Shown: one piece after another, positions 15,580 through 28,710 of the stretch
Layout: every line of letters starts with the position of its first letter
Numbering within the stretch: the stretch's first letter is position 1
DNA from: Kudoa neothunni
Taxonomy: Eukaryota > Animalia > Cnidaria
Direction of reading: 5' to 3'
Length of the DNA: 64,000 nt
Assembly (NCBI GenBank): GCA_964304625.1
Contig: OZ199840.1
Span: forward strand, 1,256,733-1,320,732
The notes under the pieces: generated by a model
The model's input: only the letters and a program-made list of their open reading frames with translations
Database searches by the model: none
What the model was told of the DNA's origin: nothing
Made by a program: the position numbers and the translations under genes

Positions 15580-16720
15580 GATGACATATAGCCCCATAAT
15601 GTGATGACCGGACTCAATATCCGGAGGTACTTGTTTCGATTCCCACCACGGATCAGTCCACTGTTTCCGCGCGATTGTGTCTCTCTCGTAAGGGGAGCTG
15701 TTGATTAGTGCGACTGCACTATAAGTGTAATTTTACCTACATTATAGTTCGATCTAGCAGATGAGGTTGAATTAAACGTTTGAATCGTCGGAGATGCACC
15801 GACAGACTTGAAATCTCTTTTAGAGATAAAGTCCTTATAATATAGATAGGGTTTGGGGTGGAGGTTGCCCTGCCAACGAGGATGTTTAATGGATTTAACT
15901 ATCACGGAAATATAAGGAACTAGATCAGTGTTTCCCATCCTTTTTTCTAACGCACCTCACCTTCTCCAAACGTATTCATTTGTTAGCTTAAACTGTTTAG
16001 AACTTTGAAGCAAGCTTCCTATCACATTAAAATTTGAAAGCAAATGATATATATTTCTTTTCCCGTTAAAATTAAAATGTATTCGATCAGATCTAACTTA
16101 ATTTATCGATGGACCCTAAGAATTATCATCTTTCGTTCTTCATTCCGTACAAAACTGCATCAAATGGAACTCGTAGTAATGCAACCTTCATTAGGAAAGA
16201 CTTTTGTGTATACAAAGTTAATAAACCGAATATATATAATATAAATACAAAATTAATCAATATTATATTAAAGTTAATCAAAAAGAGGGATATACGGTTC
16301 TAAATAAGACAACGTTGAGATTCAAACCATACTAATTTTATTCGGGTGAAGGACATCTTAAATATTATTATTATTAATTTTTTATATAATCAGTCATTGC
16401 TTTTCATATTTTTTATGATATTAACCAACGCTTAAAAATCAGCGATATTGGCTTCAAAGTTTTTCATACTGTCCAATTGTCTCATCATTATCTGTGTCAC
16501 ACCAATACTTGATATTGTCTCGGTCCCACAATAGCGTTTCATCAAACGTTTAAGATTTCCATACTCCACCAAAATTTTTTCACGCCCACGTTGGGAAATA
16601 CTGGGCCAGATGTTAATTATCCTGCGATGCCTATAACGTTAATGTGGGTGGTCTAACTCTCCATAACCTCTAAGTTGCGCCAGGACTTTTACCTTGTGAT
16701 CAAAAAAGGTGTTCAGCGTA
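15580..16720 (+). mobile_element. Putative tRNA-derived SINE-like repeat interrupted by a hAT element
   Basis: Head has TAGC (A-box-like), an anticodon-like stem-loop CCGGA-CTCAATA-TCCGG, TTCGATTCCC (B-box-like) and CGGATCA. The 3' part (16611-16695) resembles 56835-56960 in reverse orientation. Confidence 0.45.
15926..16603 (-). mobile_element. Non-autonomous hAT (Charlie/Buster-like) element
   Basis: TIRs CAGTGTTTCCCA / TGGGAAATACTG. Ends resemble those of 41971-42576. Flanks AACTAGAT/GGCCAGAT match 5/8. Confidence 0.6.
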
Positions 16721-17152
16721 AGATAGGTAATAGAATTATTACACAATAATTTAGTTATTTCCGCCATAGGTTCTTTATTGCATTTCATAGTTAATATAAG
16801 AGAGATGGAAAGATTGAAAAGACGGTCAACAAAAGAATGGTTTGGCACAATTATTTTTCAACACACAATAAATAATATTCTGCGCCTTTGAAATTAAATC
16901 AGAATTCTACAGTCTCAACAGAGTATAAACAAAAAAGTTTTAATTTTAAGGTCTAATGCTGGCCACCCAAAAATTTGGGACGTTCACAACATCTCATCCA
17001 CAAGTCTTGAATCGTTTAAATTTTAAATTATACACAAACCCCCAAACAAAACCTTATCACTTTTTGCGCAATAATTATCACGAACTTTTATTCAATCAAA
17101 TAATATTCAAATAACTACAACAATCCTACACTGGTTTTGATACTGCAAAAAT

Positions 17153-18010
17153 TTATATAAATTGAAGGGCAGCGGCCTTCATTGACTCAGTTTTCAAGTT
17201 GTCCCTCATTAATAAACGTATTTGCTTGCATGCATCAAATGAAAGCCCAGTCAGTTTATTCATGGTAAGATGATTCAGCTTTCCGTTATCGGTCTGATAG
17301 AAAACATAACTCTCATTCAAAATAGCCACTGTAACCAACGGATTTCGACCTATTTCCAAACTGTTAGGATCAACTATTGGAATTGGCAATATGGCAGATT
17401 TGTTTTGAATGCCGCTGTTAGAGGGGATGGTGGTAGTAGAACTGCAGGCTGTAACAATGTCACGCACCATTATACCCGCGTCCACCAAAGCGTATGATGC
17501 AGCATTGATGCAGGCTGCCAACTCACATCCATCCCACTGAAATATTTGCAGATTGATGTTGATCTTAGAGTTGTAGTAATTTTCGATTAGAATCATCGAT
17601 CTAAATATATGCTCCAATGCTATGCATCGCTCGGTGTTGCGTTTATCCGAATTCAACTTGTGTGAATCTTTTCTTTCCTTACGGCTGAATGGAGTCCACG
17701 ATATGTTGCAAAATATTTCCAAAGGCGAATTGGCTAAACTCTTGCTTTTGACAAATGAATCGTTTGGTCCATACACACAAGCTATCACCTAAATTTCGGA
17801 TGTATCTAGTGACTAGAGGTGTTTTAATGTGTACTTTTGTATTGCCCATTTCCAGTGAAACACTACCATCAGCATCTCTTACTACGCTGGATTTGAGGAC
17901 AATTTTACGGATTTGTGTAGCCACTCTACCATCTTCTCGGAAATATTGTTTACTGCCTAACAAAGTTTCGCTAATTTCACAGCTACAAACAACAATCTAC
18001 TTAAAGACAT
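17153..18010 (-). CDS. EXOSC4: Exosome complex component RRP41 (RNase PH fold), 3 exons
   Basis: FREDGR...DADGSVSLEMGNTK|VIACVYGP...FQWDGCELAACINAASYALVDAGI...IVDPNSLE. ATG at 18010, GT-AG introns. Confidence 0.88.
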
Positions 18011-19302
18011 CGAATTAACGGGGTGATTATTGTATTGTTATAGACGGAGTTTAAACGCGAGGCCACCGTGACGTGTTTAATCTCCGAATATATCTGCGCC
18101 TGCGCATATAAAAATTAAACTTCATTATTTTTTGTATATCAAAGCTTTAATCACATAAAAAATTAAATTAATCTCAAACTAAAAAATAATCAATAAGATG
18201 ATGAGTTAGGATTGATTATGATTTATTTTAAGATATTTTTAACAATATCCGACTATGGCGGATTTTTGATAAATATCATAATTTCCATTTATTTTATTGA
18301 AATTTGGAGATGGAAATAGTGAGTTGAAAATTATACAAATACATGAGTGATTAGCGCGTCCTGTGACTGAGTTACAGATTAAAATGATTATTTCTAATGA
18401 ATTAAACATATTTTCTCACCATCGAGTGAGAAATCTGTATGGTAGATTTTTCTTACTCTAAATAAGTTATTTAATCGAATTTCTCTGAGGTTTATCGAAG
18501 GATGCGCGTGGAATTTTCTCTTCGTTAACTTAAGGATTAAACAACAGACTAAATTCAGACAAAATATTTAATCATATAAACATTAAAATAACAAAAATTA
18601 TTTATATTATTTAATTCGAAAATTCGATTGCAATAAACAGCTGAGCTTTCAGGAAGCATTTTGTTGCGGAGGTCATTATTATTACTTTAATGTCAAATTT
18701 GTTGGAAATCAGGTTTATATTCGTAAACCTATTAGAGAATAATTAAAAATGATTGAATCATAATGTCGCTAACGAGCGAAACAAAAAGCTATTTGGGAAA
18801 AATTTTGCAATAAAGTTTCTTAATAATTTAGGTTAAAATAAATGAAATATTTAAACAAATTAATAAAAAAAGAAAATTTCTTATTAATTCCATGATATTT
18901 CGAATATTATTTATTATATATAGATAAATTTATTACAGTTAATAATTGAAAAGTTATAGAATTTAATAAATCACGAATCTAATTAGATCAACCTAATCTG
19001 TGCCTCATTTTAGAGTGATTATTTCTTAAAATATTTTATTCAATTTTTTCTTTTAATCTTAGTGAAATTAAATAATTCAAACAAATATTTGGGATATAAT
19101 TATTTTATAATATAAAGTCGCATTAGTTCGATTATATACCTGCGGGAACTGCCCAGCTTTGCTTGGGAGAATCAAGCACGGAGAAATTTCTTAATAACAT
19201 CCAACGAATATATTGAAGGTTCGATTCAACCAATAGAATCAGTATAATTAAAAAAATTTAAACATCACAGTATTAACGATTTTGATTAGCGAAATCTAAA
19301 TC

Positions 19303-20663
19303 ATGATCATTTATGGTATGGCGATGTTATGCCGGAAAATGCACGCGCGTCAGCAAAAAATGAACAATAACTATTTTTATGTGAATGTTTATAAAAGTAA
19401 TATATATAGATATTGGAGGTGTCAGGAAAGATTAAGAACATCCCCTATAGACAACGTAGAACAAATTGAAGAATTAAAATTTCATAATCACGTTTTCGTC
19501 GGTGAAGAAAAAAATAAAAAACTGATGGCAGATAGAATTAAGGAAGTATCGGAAAACTCTGTGTATTCTATCTCTAAAGTTTATAGTTTAGCTTCCATTA
19601 ATGAAAATATCAATAATATTCAAATTGTTTCAAAAAAAAACAGTATACAAACGGATCCAGTGAATTAGAAAAGGAAGAATATGGAAACCATTCAGCTAAA
19701 TGATGTTTATACCGACTAAAAACATTGAGAGATGAACCATTTTGTTCGCATGACTCGGGATCGGATGACTGGAATAGAATCATAATTTTCACAACCGAGG
19801 AAAATCTTATATACCTACGGAATTCTAATTATTGGATCGATGACCGTACATTCAGCTTGGTTCCTAAGGAATTTTTTCAGCTTTACACTATCCACGATTC
19901 AGTTTTTAATAGAGTTTTCCCCCTTGTTTATGTAATAATATCCGATAAATTGTAAATAAATTACGACAAAATACTCCAAGTTCTCAAGCAAAAAGTAAAT
20001 TTAGAACTTCCAGAAAATGCCGTAATAGATTTTGAAATGGCAGCAGCTAATTTTTTTAAAGAGAATCAAAATATTCTGTGCATTTCTGTTATTTCACCTA
20101 GGTCAATGTGTACACTGAAACATGCAAAAAATAGGTTGTTCCAATGATTATGATTTTAACGATAATTTTGAATAATCCGTAAAATATGTAACATCGCTCG
20201 CTTGTGCTCCGCCTAATTGTGTGAAAAATGAATTTGAAAAATTATGAGTAAAATATGAAAGTTTTCTCATTGTTACCAACATAGATTCCTTTATGGAATA
20301 CTTTGAAAACACATATGTCGTGAATCCTAAATTTCCAATACAATCGTTGAATGCTTTCGACAAAATATTGCGAAATATCAAATTGACATCAAACTCCGCT
20401 GAGATTTTCAATAGGCATTTTTACAGTCGTTTCAAACAATCTCATTCTGTGATACGCACTGTTATTCAAAAATTAAAAGAGCGCCAAATTAATGTGGGGA
20501 AAGATGTTTGTTTTCAAATATGTAACCCAAATATGTAACTTTACGGGAAAAAATAAGCGTGGGGTATGAAAAATTGAAGCGAACATGTCCAAACTACGAT
20601 AAATTTTACGACACACTCTATTTGAAGGCGATCGCTAGGACTTATAATTGGAAGGTAAAATAG
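19303..20663 (+). pseudogene. Degenerate MULE (Mutator-like, FLYWCH-type) transposase
   Basis: Fragments YWRC...HNH, WIDDRTFSLVPKEFFQLYTIH, IDFEMAA, FHLGQ and TSNSAEIFNR, broken by stops and frameshifts. Confidence 0.8.
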
Positions 20664-22689
20664 ATTTAACTAACAAAAATATCATAGTCTAGTCTTCACT
20701 AAATGTGATGGCCATATATATCTGATTTGACTGTGTTTTCATTAAGCAATATCAACCATGTGCATTACATAAATTCCGGCGAAAGTTCGCCTTATGGTTT
20801 AAAAAAATTAGGATAATTGAGAATATTAATATTATCATTTCTGTTACGTTTTTATCAATGAAAATACGAGAATTTTGTTGTGTCCACGACCTTACATAAT
20901 ACACATGCTGTTGGCTGAAGGTGGGAAAATCGGAAACGATTTTCCCTCTATCCTATTTTGCATGGAGCCTCCGATGCCCAAAGGAACAACTAGCACACAG
21001 AACCTACCCCCAACAGAACACTTTTCCCACGGAAGGTGGCGCCGCCAAAGGTCGAAAGGGAGACTCCAAAATCTTTGAAATTTGGCATCTTTCACCCTAT
21101 TTAAACAGTTAATAATCATTAATATTCGCTCCTTTTCGCTTTGTTACTTTGAGCGAGTCTCTTTGCTCTACGGCATTCTTAGCATACACAACGAACTTTA
21201 CCTTGAACCGGTTTAATGGTTCTAATTTGGGTAAATAATAACGGTTAGGTTTATATAATTTTCAAATAAAAAATGCCGAGAATATATTAGAAAACCATGC
21301 TTATTAATAATAATTGTATTATTTTATGTTGTTAAATATAAGGTTTTATCTTAAACTTTAAATAAAATAATGTCTAATGTGGAAATATCAAATAAACCTG
21401 AAGTATAAACTTGTATGTTAATTTATTTAAAAACTTGTAAACTGACTAGATAGTATTTAAGTGTTACATTTAAATAAAACATTACAAACGAAAATCGGAG
21501 ATGAATAGGAGAATCGTCGAACGCCTGAATAAAACATTGTTATTTACCAAACATTTGTTTTTGTGGATTAAAACAATGAATTAATTTAATAGATGTGCGA
21601 TGTGAAAATGTCGTATTTAGCATAAATACGCAGTATCACTAAGTTATATAATTAGGTTTGTTTAAACAACAAGTTGGATTTTCTTTCGGATAGAGTAGAA
21701 AATATTTCCGCCTTTTTTATTTATTTACCTTAATACGCAGATTTTCACAATAAAATCCCCGACGAAAATTTCAACCTCCTGTCAAATGGAAATATTAAAA
21801 AAAATAACCCAATTATTTAATCAGAATATGAATGTGATTTTTTAGATTTTAAAGAAGCTATCTTATTCATATTAAGTCCGAAAATAAACCAAGAGCACAT
21901 AGTGTGATCAATCATTGATCTCCAAATTTGTTGTAATGCCCCGCACCTATATTAGCTTATCAAAAGCTAATATACTCAAATACCCTATTTGATTGTACCC
22001 ATCATAGCTATGATTAGTTAAACGTGGTCCCATTTTTCATGATGTCACTATTCAAGGAAAACCCATCTTAATTAAATTTTCTTAGTTTTATCGATTCTGA
22101 ATCAAATTGATGCATTTATTCAATGATTTATTGCTAACATAAATATAATTGATAAGGAGAATGTATAGGTAAACAAATAAAATATTTAAATGAGACCATA
22201 AATTGTTTACGTCGAAAATAATCCAATAGTTGAACCTAGCAACAGAGATCAATAGTGATAACTTGAAAACATATCAAACCAAAGAGTCTCAATGACGCCA
22301 GAGAATTAACTAAATATAACTTTTATTAATTCTGTGTTATTCTTTTTGATTTCACTTACAATAAATAATTATAGATTAAATGTATGGCGGTGTACCTATA
22401 AAGAATCAATTGGAGTTAACGTAGGCTATTGAGTTGGTCGGCATATGTCCTCTAATTAGACCTTAAAAATAAGGTATTAACATAGGTAAACGCCATCGAA
22501 AAACATTTAGCAAATAAAATATCAGATCATAAGCAACACTTAAAATTAAAAGAGAATAGATAATTTTGAGTGTGTGGGAGATAGTGAGCAATTAATTGAT
22601 ATCAGCGTAGTGACCTTGAGTTGTTTATCAAAAGGTGTATTAGCGACCCCATAACAGGTCTAACTATCCACCGCAATAGACATAAGACG

Positions 22690-22911
22690 ATGGCGAAAAG
22701 AGATGGTGTTGGTAAAAAGCAGAAATCTAATGGTCAAAATAAAAAGCCATTATTTGTTAGGTAATATCAGAAATTTTGTTAAATATGGTTGTTTCCTTAA
22801 CAAATTTTAACGTGAACAATGCAGATTGGTTCGTAAAGGTCTAAGGGTTGATGTCAGTGATTACATGGCAAAATTGGTACGTTAATGCATTATTATTTGA
22901 ATTGTTTGTTT

Positions 22912-22946
<35 letters not shown>

Positions 22947-24240
22947 GGCGTTATTCACTCGCTTTTAATTTTGTGTTGTTGTAGAACCCTGGCGAACCAA
23001 ACGAAGTGATTATTTACAGACCACAGGAAAAATATGCCGATATTTTGAGAACTATTATATTGGAAGAGCATACCAAACGGCTTCCACTCAATAAAATCTA
23101 TGAGAAAATCCTCACGCGATATCCTTACTTCAATTATGCAACGGCCGACTGGAAAAATTCTATAAGGAATTGGTATTTATTCAATTAGCATAATACATTT
23201 TATCAATTTTTCGGCTATATTCATTGATTTATTTTAGTTTGACAACCAATCGTTTGTCGTTCCAAAACGTTCGAACTATTAGCAGTAAAGGATACGAACA
23301 AAAATTCTGGACAGTCATTGACCAGGATGAAATGAATCAATTTCACAATCTAAAACCAAATTCTATCTGCGGAATTGATTCATCACCAAATATGATGGTC
23401 GATAGAAGTGTTTTTCTCAACGCTAGAGGTACATCTTCGGATAGATTTCAGTACAATGGCTCCGCAGACACGATAGAAAGTTCGTCCACAGCAAACTTTG
23501 ACAATGGGCCACTTTTCCCAACCTATCCGGTGGAATATTGTGATAAATTTTTTCACAACTGCTGTCAAATTTGTGACCTTGTGCACCAAATATTCATTCG
23601 AAATGGTCTTGTGTGTTATTGTCGCAAGTGTTGCATTATGAGTAACACTAACGAAACCTACGAAGGTAACCCCTTTTCGCCCTATCCCAGTTCAAGCATT
23701 CCCGGGGAGCTATTCGACAATTCAAATGCACACAAATCTTATCACAATCTTATTTCCGAAAACAGATCCAATATGATTACACAAAATATGGTTACTAATA
23801 CCGACAATAATAGTAATAATACTCATGGATGTTTTGGAGATCAAGAGGCCACCCATAATCATCCTGAGGAAGATAGAAACTGCTTCACAACTAGTAATCA
23901 TTGCATTTTATTTAAACTTAAACGTAATTTTTAATCAAGATGGCGAATTCTCTCATCTTGGTCAAAATAACATAGATGATGAAGCCACACCTTCAATGGC
24001 TACCAAAATGAATCATTGTGAATATAATTTTCTGTAGATACTCGATTACTACTTTCAGTAGACTACGATGACAAAAATAAAGGATACAATAATCAAACAG
24101 ACATGGATATCGGCTATAATTTCAACCCCCCTTCCTTCAATATGCCCAATGAATTCAATTCACATGTAATATTTCTAATCTAATTTATCAATACGTTTTA
24201 ACTGTTAATTTTCGTCTAGGTAAATGATAAATATATTTGA
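22690..24240 (+). CDS. Divergent forkhead-box transcription factor, multi-exon
   Basis: RPQEKYADIL...KRLPLNKIYEKILTRYPYF...WKNSIRN|CLTTNRLSFQNV...KFWT is a forkhead domain. Exons join through GT-AG introns from ATG 22690 to TGA 24240; 3' exons are less certain. Confidence 0.82.
22915..22943. repeat. (TA)n microsatellite in forkhead intron
   Basis: Directly visible run. Similar (TA)n runs occur at about 8049-8069 and 27926-27941. Confidence 0.9.
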
Positions 24241-24887
24241 ATCGTATAAAATCTACAAATTATTATTTCAATTTTTTTATCCTCTATTTTTCCAATATGA
24301 ATTATTTTTGATTTTACAAAATATTTCACTCACTGGATGAATTATTTAATTTAATAACAATATGGCAAATAACAACAAAATTTATCTCATTAATTTATTG
24401 GCGTTACATGAATATTCTGAGATAAGTTTTTTTATAAAATCAGGAGATTATAGTTATCTTCTATTTGTTAATTAAATTATTTGGTCCGCTAAGCATTAAT
24501 CGAATGCTTTTGAACAATTTTTGATAGAGAACGAGTTAGATTTTTAAATTAATTATCGTAAAAAAACAATGTCTGGTTATCCGATAGTTTAAAATATTTT
24601 CCTTATGTTCCAATATTATTTCATATTATTGTTATATTGAGGATAAATTTATGTTCCTAATATCCTTAATCAATCAACGTTGTGTGTATATATATAATAT
24701 GGAACGTAATTGATTACTCTTGGACTCTAATTATGATAGCAAATTATCCAAACCAAAATACTATAACAGATACCAATGAATGAGGTCACATAAATCATTT
24801 TTAGATCAGTTTACTACCACCATGCCAGAGAATCGGGAAAAAGCACTTATATTATGACGTGAAAATTATTATTGATAATTATACAAA

Positions 24888-25328
24888 CAGTGTAACCTCG
24901 GACTTTGATCATAATCCGTTCTAGAAGTGTGTTTGAACTTTGAATAATTTTTTCCCGTGCATAATAATAAATATTAATTTAATCCGTTACCGTGCGTCAA
25001 ATAAATGATTATTTTTATCTTTATTTATGAAAAACATGCATATCTTGTGTTTATAAAATATAACAAACAAATATTAAATATAATAATAAAAATTAAATGT
25101 ATGATAAATATTTTTTGGTTGTCATACGACAGATTATAAAAGTTTCTCTTTCGATGATGGTCGCACAATTTGATTCAGCGACTCTTCTTCTAGAATTTCT
25201 TTTCTCCTCTGTTTTTTCTCTGACTAAATTTGTTCTGAATACAATTTTTATATGTTTTTGACTCAAAATTTTCGGTCGAACCCCAATTTGTAAGAGCTCC
25301 GAGACGTTCAAACTTGGAGGTTGCACTG
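24888..25328. mobile_element. Tigger/pogo-like MITE
   Basis: TIRs CAGTGTAACCTC / GAGGTTGCACTG followed by TA; the left TA is degenerate. Confidence 0.6.
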
Positions 25329-27776
25329 TATTAGCATGAAGTATCAGTCGATTGAATGTTTCAAACGTTCAGATTTCTGAAAAATATTAGATCTATATAA
25401 CAATTGTACTACGAATCACCAGCATTATGATGTGTTAATAATATTTTTTCATTATATCCATCTTATCACATTAATTTATTGTTTAATACATTAGAAATTT
25501 TTAAATTTAAAGAACAAAATATTCTCTGTTAAAGGTTTAGTTCAAATAATATCACAAAAGTATTAAGAAGTATAATTTATTTTAAAGTCATGATTTTATT
25601 ACCGATATTTAAAGATACCTTTTTGTTTCCATATTTTGGGATTTTTTAATTTCAAATATTTATAATTCATAAACAATAATTTCTAATGTAATAATTCAAA
25701 AAAAGAACGAAACAGTTAATTACGTGCTAGGATTTTTTACGATAATATCACCACCAATCATTATCAAGACGTAAAAATATATTAATTAAAACGCATAGAA
25801 TAAAATTTCCTAATAAATTTATTATTTTAGAGATTGAAATCTAATATACACGAATTGCTTTTTCTTACGTGAACCTCTTAAGTATGGCAATGGCTATTGC
25901 AATGGACGGGAATATCCATTATAATAACGTTTGTATACAAATTTTAATTTCATAAACACATATAACAATATATGAACTTTGATTTAATAAATTTTTAAAA
26001 GAAAATAGATTAGTTGACTTTTTACCTCTAAGTTGGCCAAGTATGCGGACATTGTTTAATATTTGTCTTCAATAAACTCACATTTAAGTTAGTGTATAAG
26101 GGGTTTTCAATGCTTGTTGTGTTGATTTTATATAACATGAAGTATCGATATACCCCATACGTTAACTAAGAACATGTGAACTTGTGTGAATGTGGTTTTC
26201 TTGCAACAATGATTGTAAACAGGTTACTTTAGGATGTAATTACAATTTAAATGATTATTTTTAGATTTATTTGTTGGTTCAATTATTATAATGGTCTTTA
26301 TTGACAAAGATGACCATTTATCGTTTTAGCATTAATTTCAGTTGTGCGTAAGTTACCATTTAATTTATTTTGAAAGAGATATTATATGTCAGCGAATATA
26401 TACAGGATAAATTTTAATTTAATAATAATGCTAAATCTAATCACAATGCGCAAGCACAAGAAATTACAAACGAAAAGGAATACACTATCAAATCGCCCAT
26501 AAAATGCCTAAGTCTATACAAACCAACATATGTCAACGTCTGCAGAATATTACAGTGAATTTATCCTTAATTCAATAATTGCTATTAAGAGAATTGAAGT
26601 TATATTGGAGATAATAATATCTAAAATTATTAACCATTGTTATCAAATATTCATTTAAAACGGAGTAACTATCTTTAAGTACAAACGAAATCGGCGGAAA
26701 TAATTCGAAATGTGATAATTAGGTATATAATAACTAGCCAACGAAAAAGAAGAAATAATATTAATAAAAGCATTATTTTCTCAAATAAATATTATATATC
26801 AAACTTCAAGTAAATTAATAATAGAACTGAATGAAGTTTATGAAGCAACCCCAGCCAGATTACTTATTAATGACTCGTCTTATGGCTTGTATAATATGCA
26901 AAGTGACCAGCAGATAGAAGAACGCAAAACTGACGATAATTTCAATAGATAAATAATCATATTGAATTTTTTATTAATTTTAAGTAGATTTAAAATTTTC
27001 CTCTAAGATAAGAACAGTAAGGCGACCTAAGGGGTTCCAATCTAACAGTCATTGAATTACCTAAAAAGCGAATACATGAAATTTAAAAATAAACATATTC
27101 TTGTACAAGCAAACTATATTCAATTTTATAAAATATATATCCACCCTATAATAACTTGTTTTTCATTTATATAAAACAGGAACACATGTTGAAAATCACA
27201 ATTATTTGATTCTAATAACAGTTATATCCGCGTTTATAATAAAACTAACTGATAAAATATTATTTCTTTCTTTTTACCTATATTTGATCAAAAACTTATA
27301 ATAGATTGGATAGATACAATGGAACACCTTAGATAATTTTTTAGTATGCGCGATAACTATCTTAACAAGTACATCGTCCCTCCTAGTCCCTTATAAGAAT
27401 TACGATTTTTATATTCAGGGTTATTTAAAATCCAATTTTAATATAAATTCTCTAGGAAACTTACGGTTCAATTCAGGCATAATCGGTCAATTTATATGTA
27501 AAAAGTCAACTAATTTATTTTTCTTTGAAAATTTATTTATTAAACTAAAATTTTAACATGATTGTTATTTTAGTAGATATTTTTATCCGTTGCAATAGTC
27601 AATTGCTTTAGGTATATAAGACAAAACAATATTAAATTTTTCCACATTAATTAAAAAATAAATAAAATAAATTAGTGACATAACAGATTTTTTAACGATT
27701 AAATAGAGTTGAAAATAGCGGAAAATCAAAATGCGCATAAACCTGCGCGTGTACTAATTACGCAAAAATATGAAAA

Positions 27777-27944
27777 ACTAGCCGTAATACCCGGCTACGC
27801 TCGGAATATTGAGAATATCTGATTCAGGGGAAAATAATTTCAATATAACATCTACATACAGATTTATCGCACATAACCTTCGACCCAGGTGGCTCTAATC
27901 CTCTCGGTCATCCGAAGTTCGACTGTATATATATATATATAGAT
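27777..27944 (+). mobile_element. Putative Helentron/HINE-like non-autonomous element
   Basis: Starts ACTAGCCG...CCCGGCTACGCTCGG with a short inverted repeat, and ends (TA)n-GAT in a T-rich site. Confidence 0.4.
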
Positions 27945-28710
27945 TTTGTCATGTTTTTTAAAATTATGATTTTTTAGTCACCTCGATTCACTCAATATTT
28001 GAAAATCGTGTTCAATCATTTTTTATTAAAATGGGGAATGTCGAGCATGCGAATAAACCCCAATTCGATGAGACGTATACTCCCCCATTATTGCATATTT
28101 TGTTAAATCTTTAAATATAATTTAATTTATGTAAGTATTTTAATAAATATTAGATACTTTTAATAATAATTTTATATTCTATTATATGGTTAAATATATT
28201 TTGTCGCGAGATCACCACCAAAACTCTGAATGGATTAATCTACAGGATCTACGCTATATCTAAACCAATGTCATCCCAAGATCATTTAGTATACGTATTT
28301 TTAAAGGAACACTTAAACACATTATAAATTCTAACTTTAAATAAATCAAAATCCAATTAAAAATATATTTTTAATTGGGTAACGCTTTTGTCTGGCTTTA
28401 TAGAAATTCGAGTTTTCTCTATAATTTCTGCCCTCCATATCCTCAGAAAAACTCAGGTTTGCCACAGACACATTGTAATCACAACACTTTTTACATATCG
28501 TATTAAAAATTACAATAAGAACCTGAAAGAGTCTAGTCTGCGAAAGAAGACTACACTGTCCTTGTTAAATTTGCTAGAATGTTAAACAAGCATTCATTAA
28601 ACTATCTAAAAGAACTAATCAAAAGTGAGAGCAGTTGTAAAAAAGAGCGTAAAAGGTTGCATTGCTAAGAAAATCAATTTGAAATTGAAAAAAATTGATT
28701 TCATCACTAA

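Noticed and set aside
15580-15655. Functional tRNA-Leu(CAA)
   Set aside because: Acceptor and D stems do not pair and there is no long variable arm; treated as a SINE head or pseudo-tRNA.
20905-20950. Hammerhead ribozyme or SRP helix 8 in the GC-rich island
   Set aside because: CTGAAGG does not match CUGANGA with proper stems, and the CAGG/AGCA internal loop of SRP is absent.
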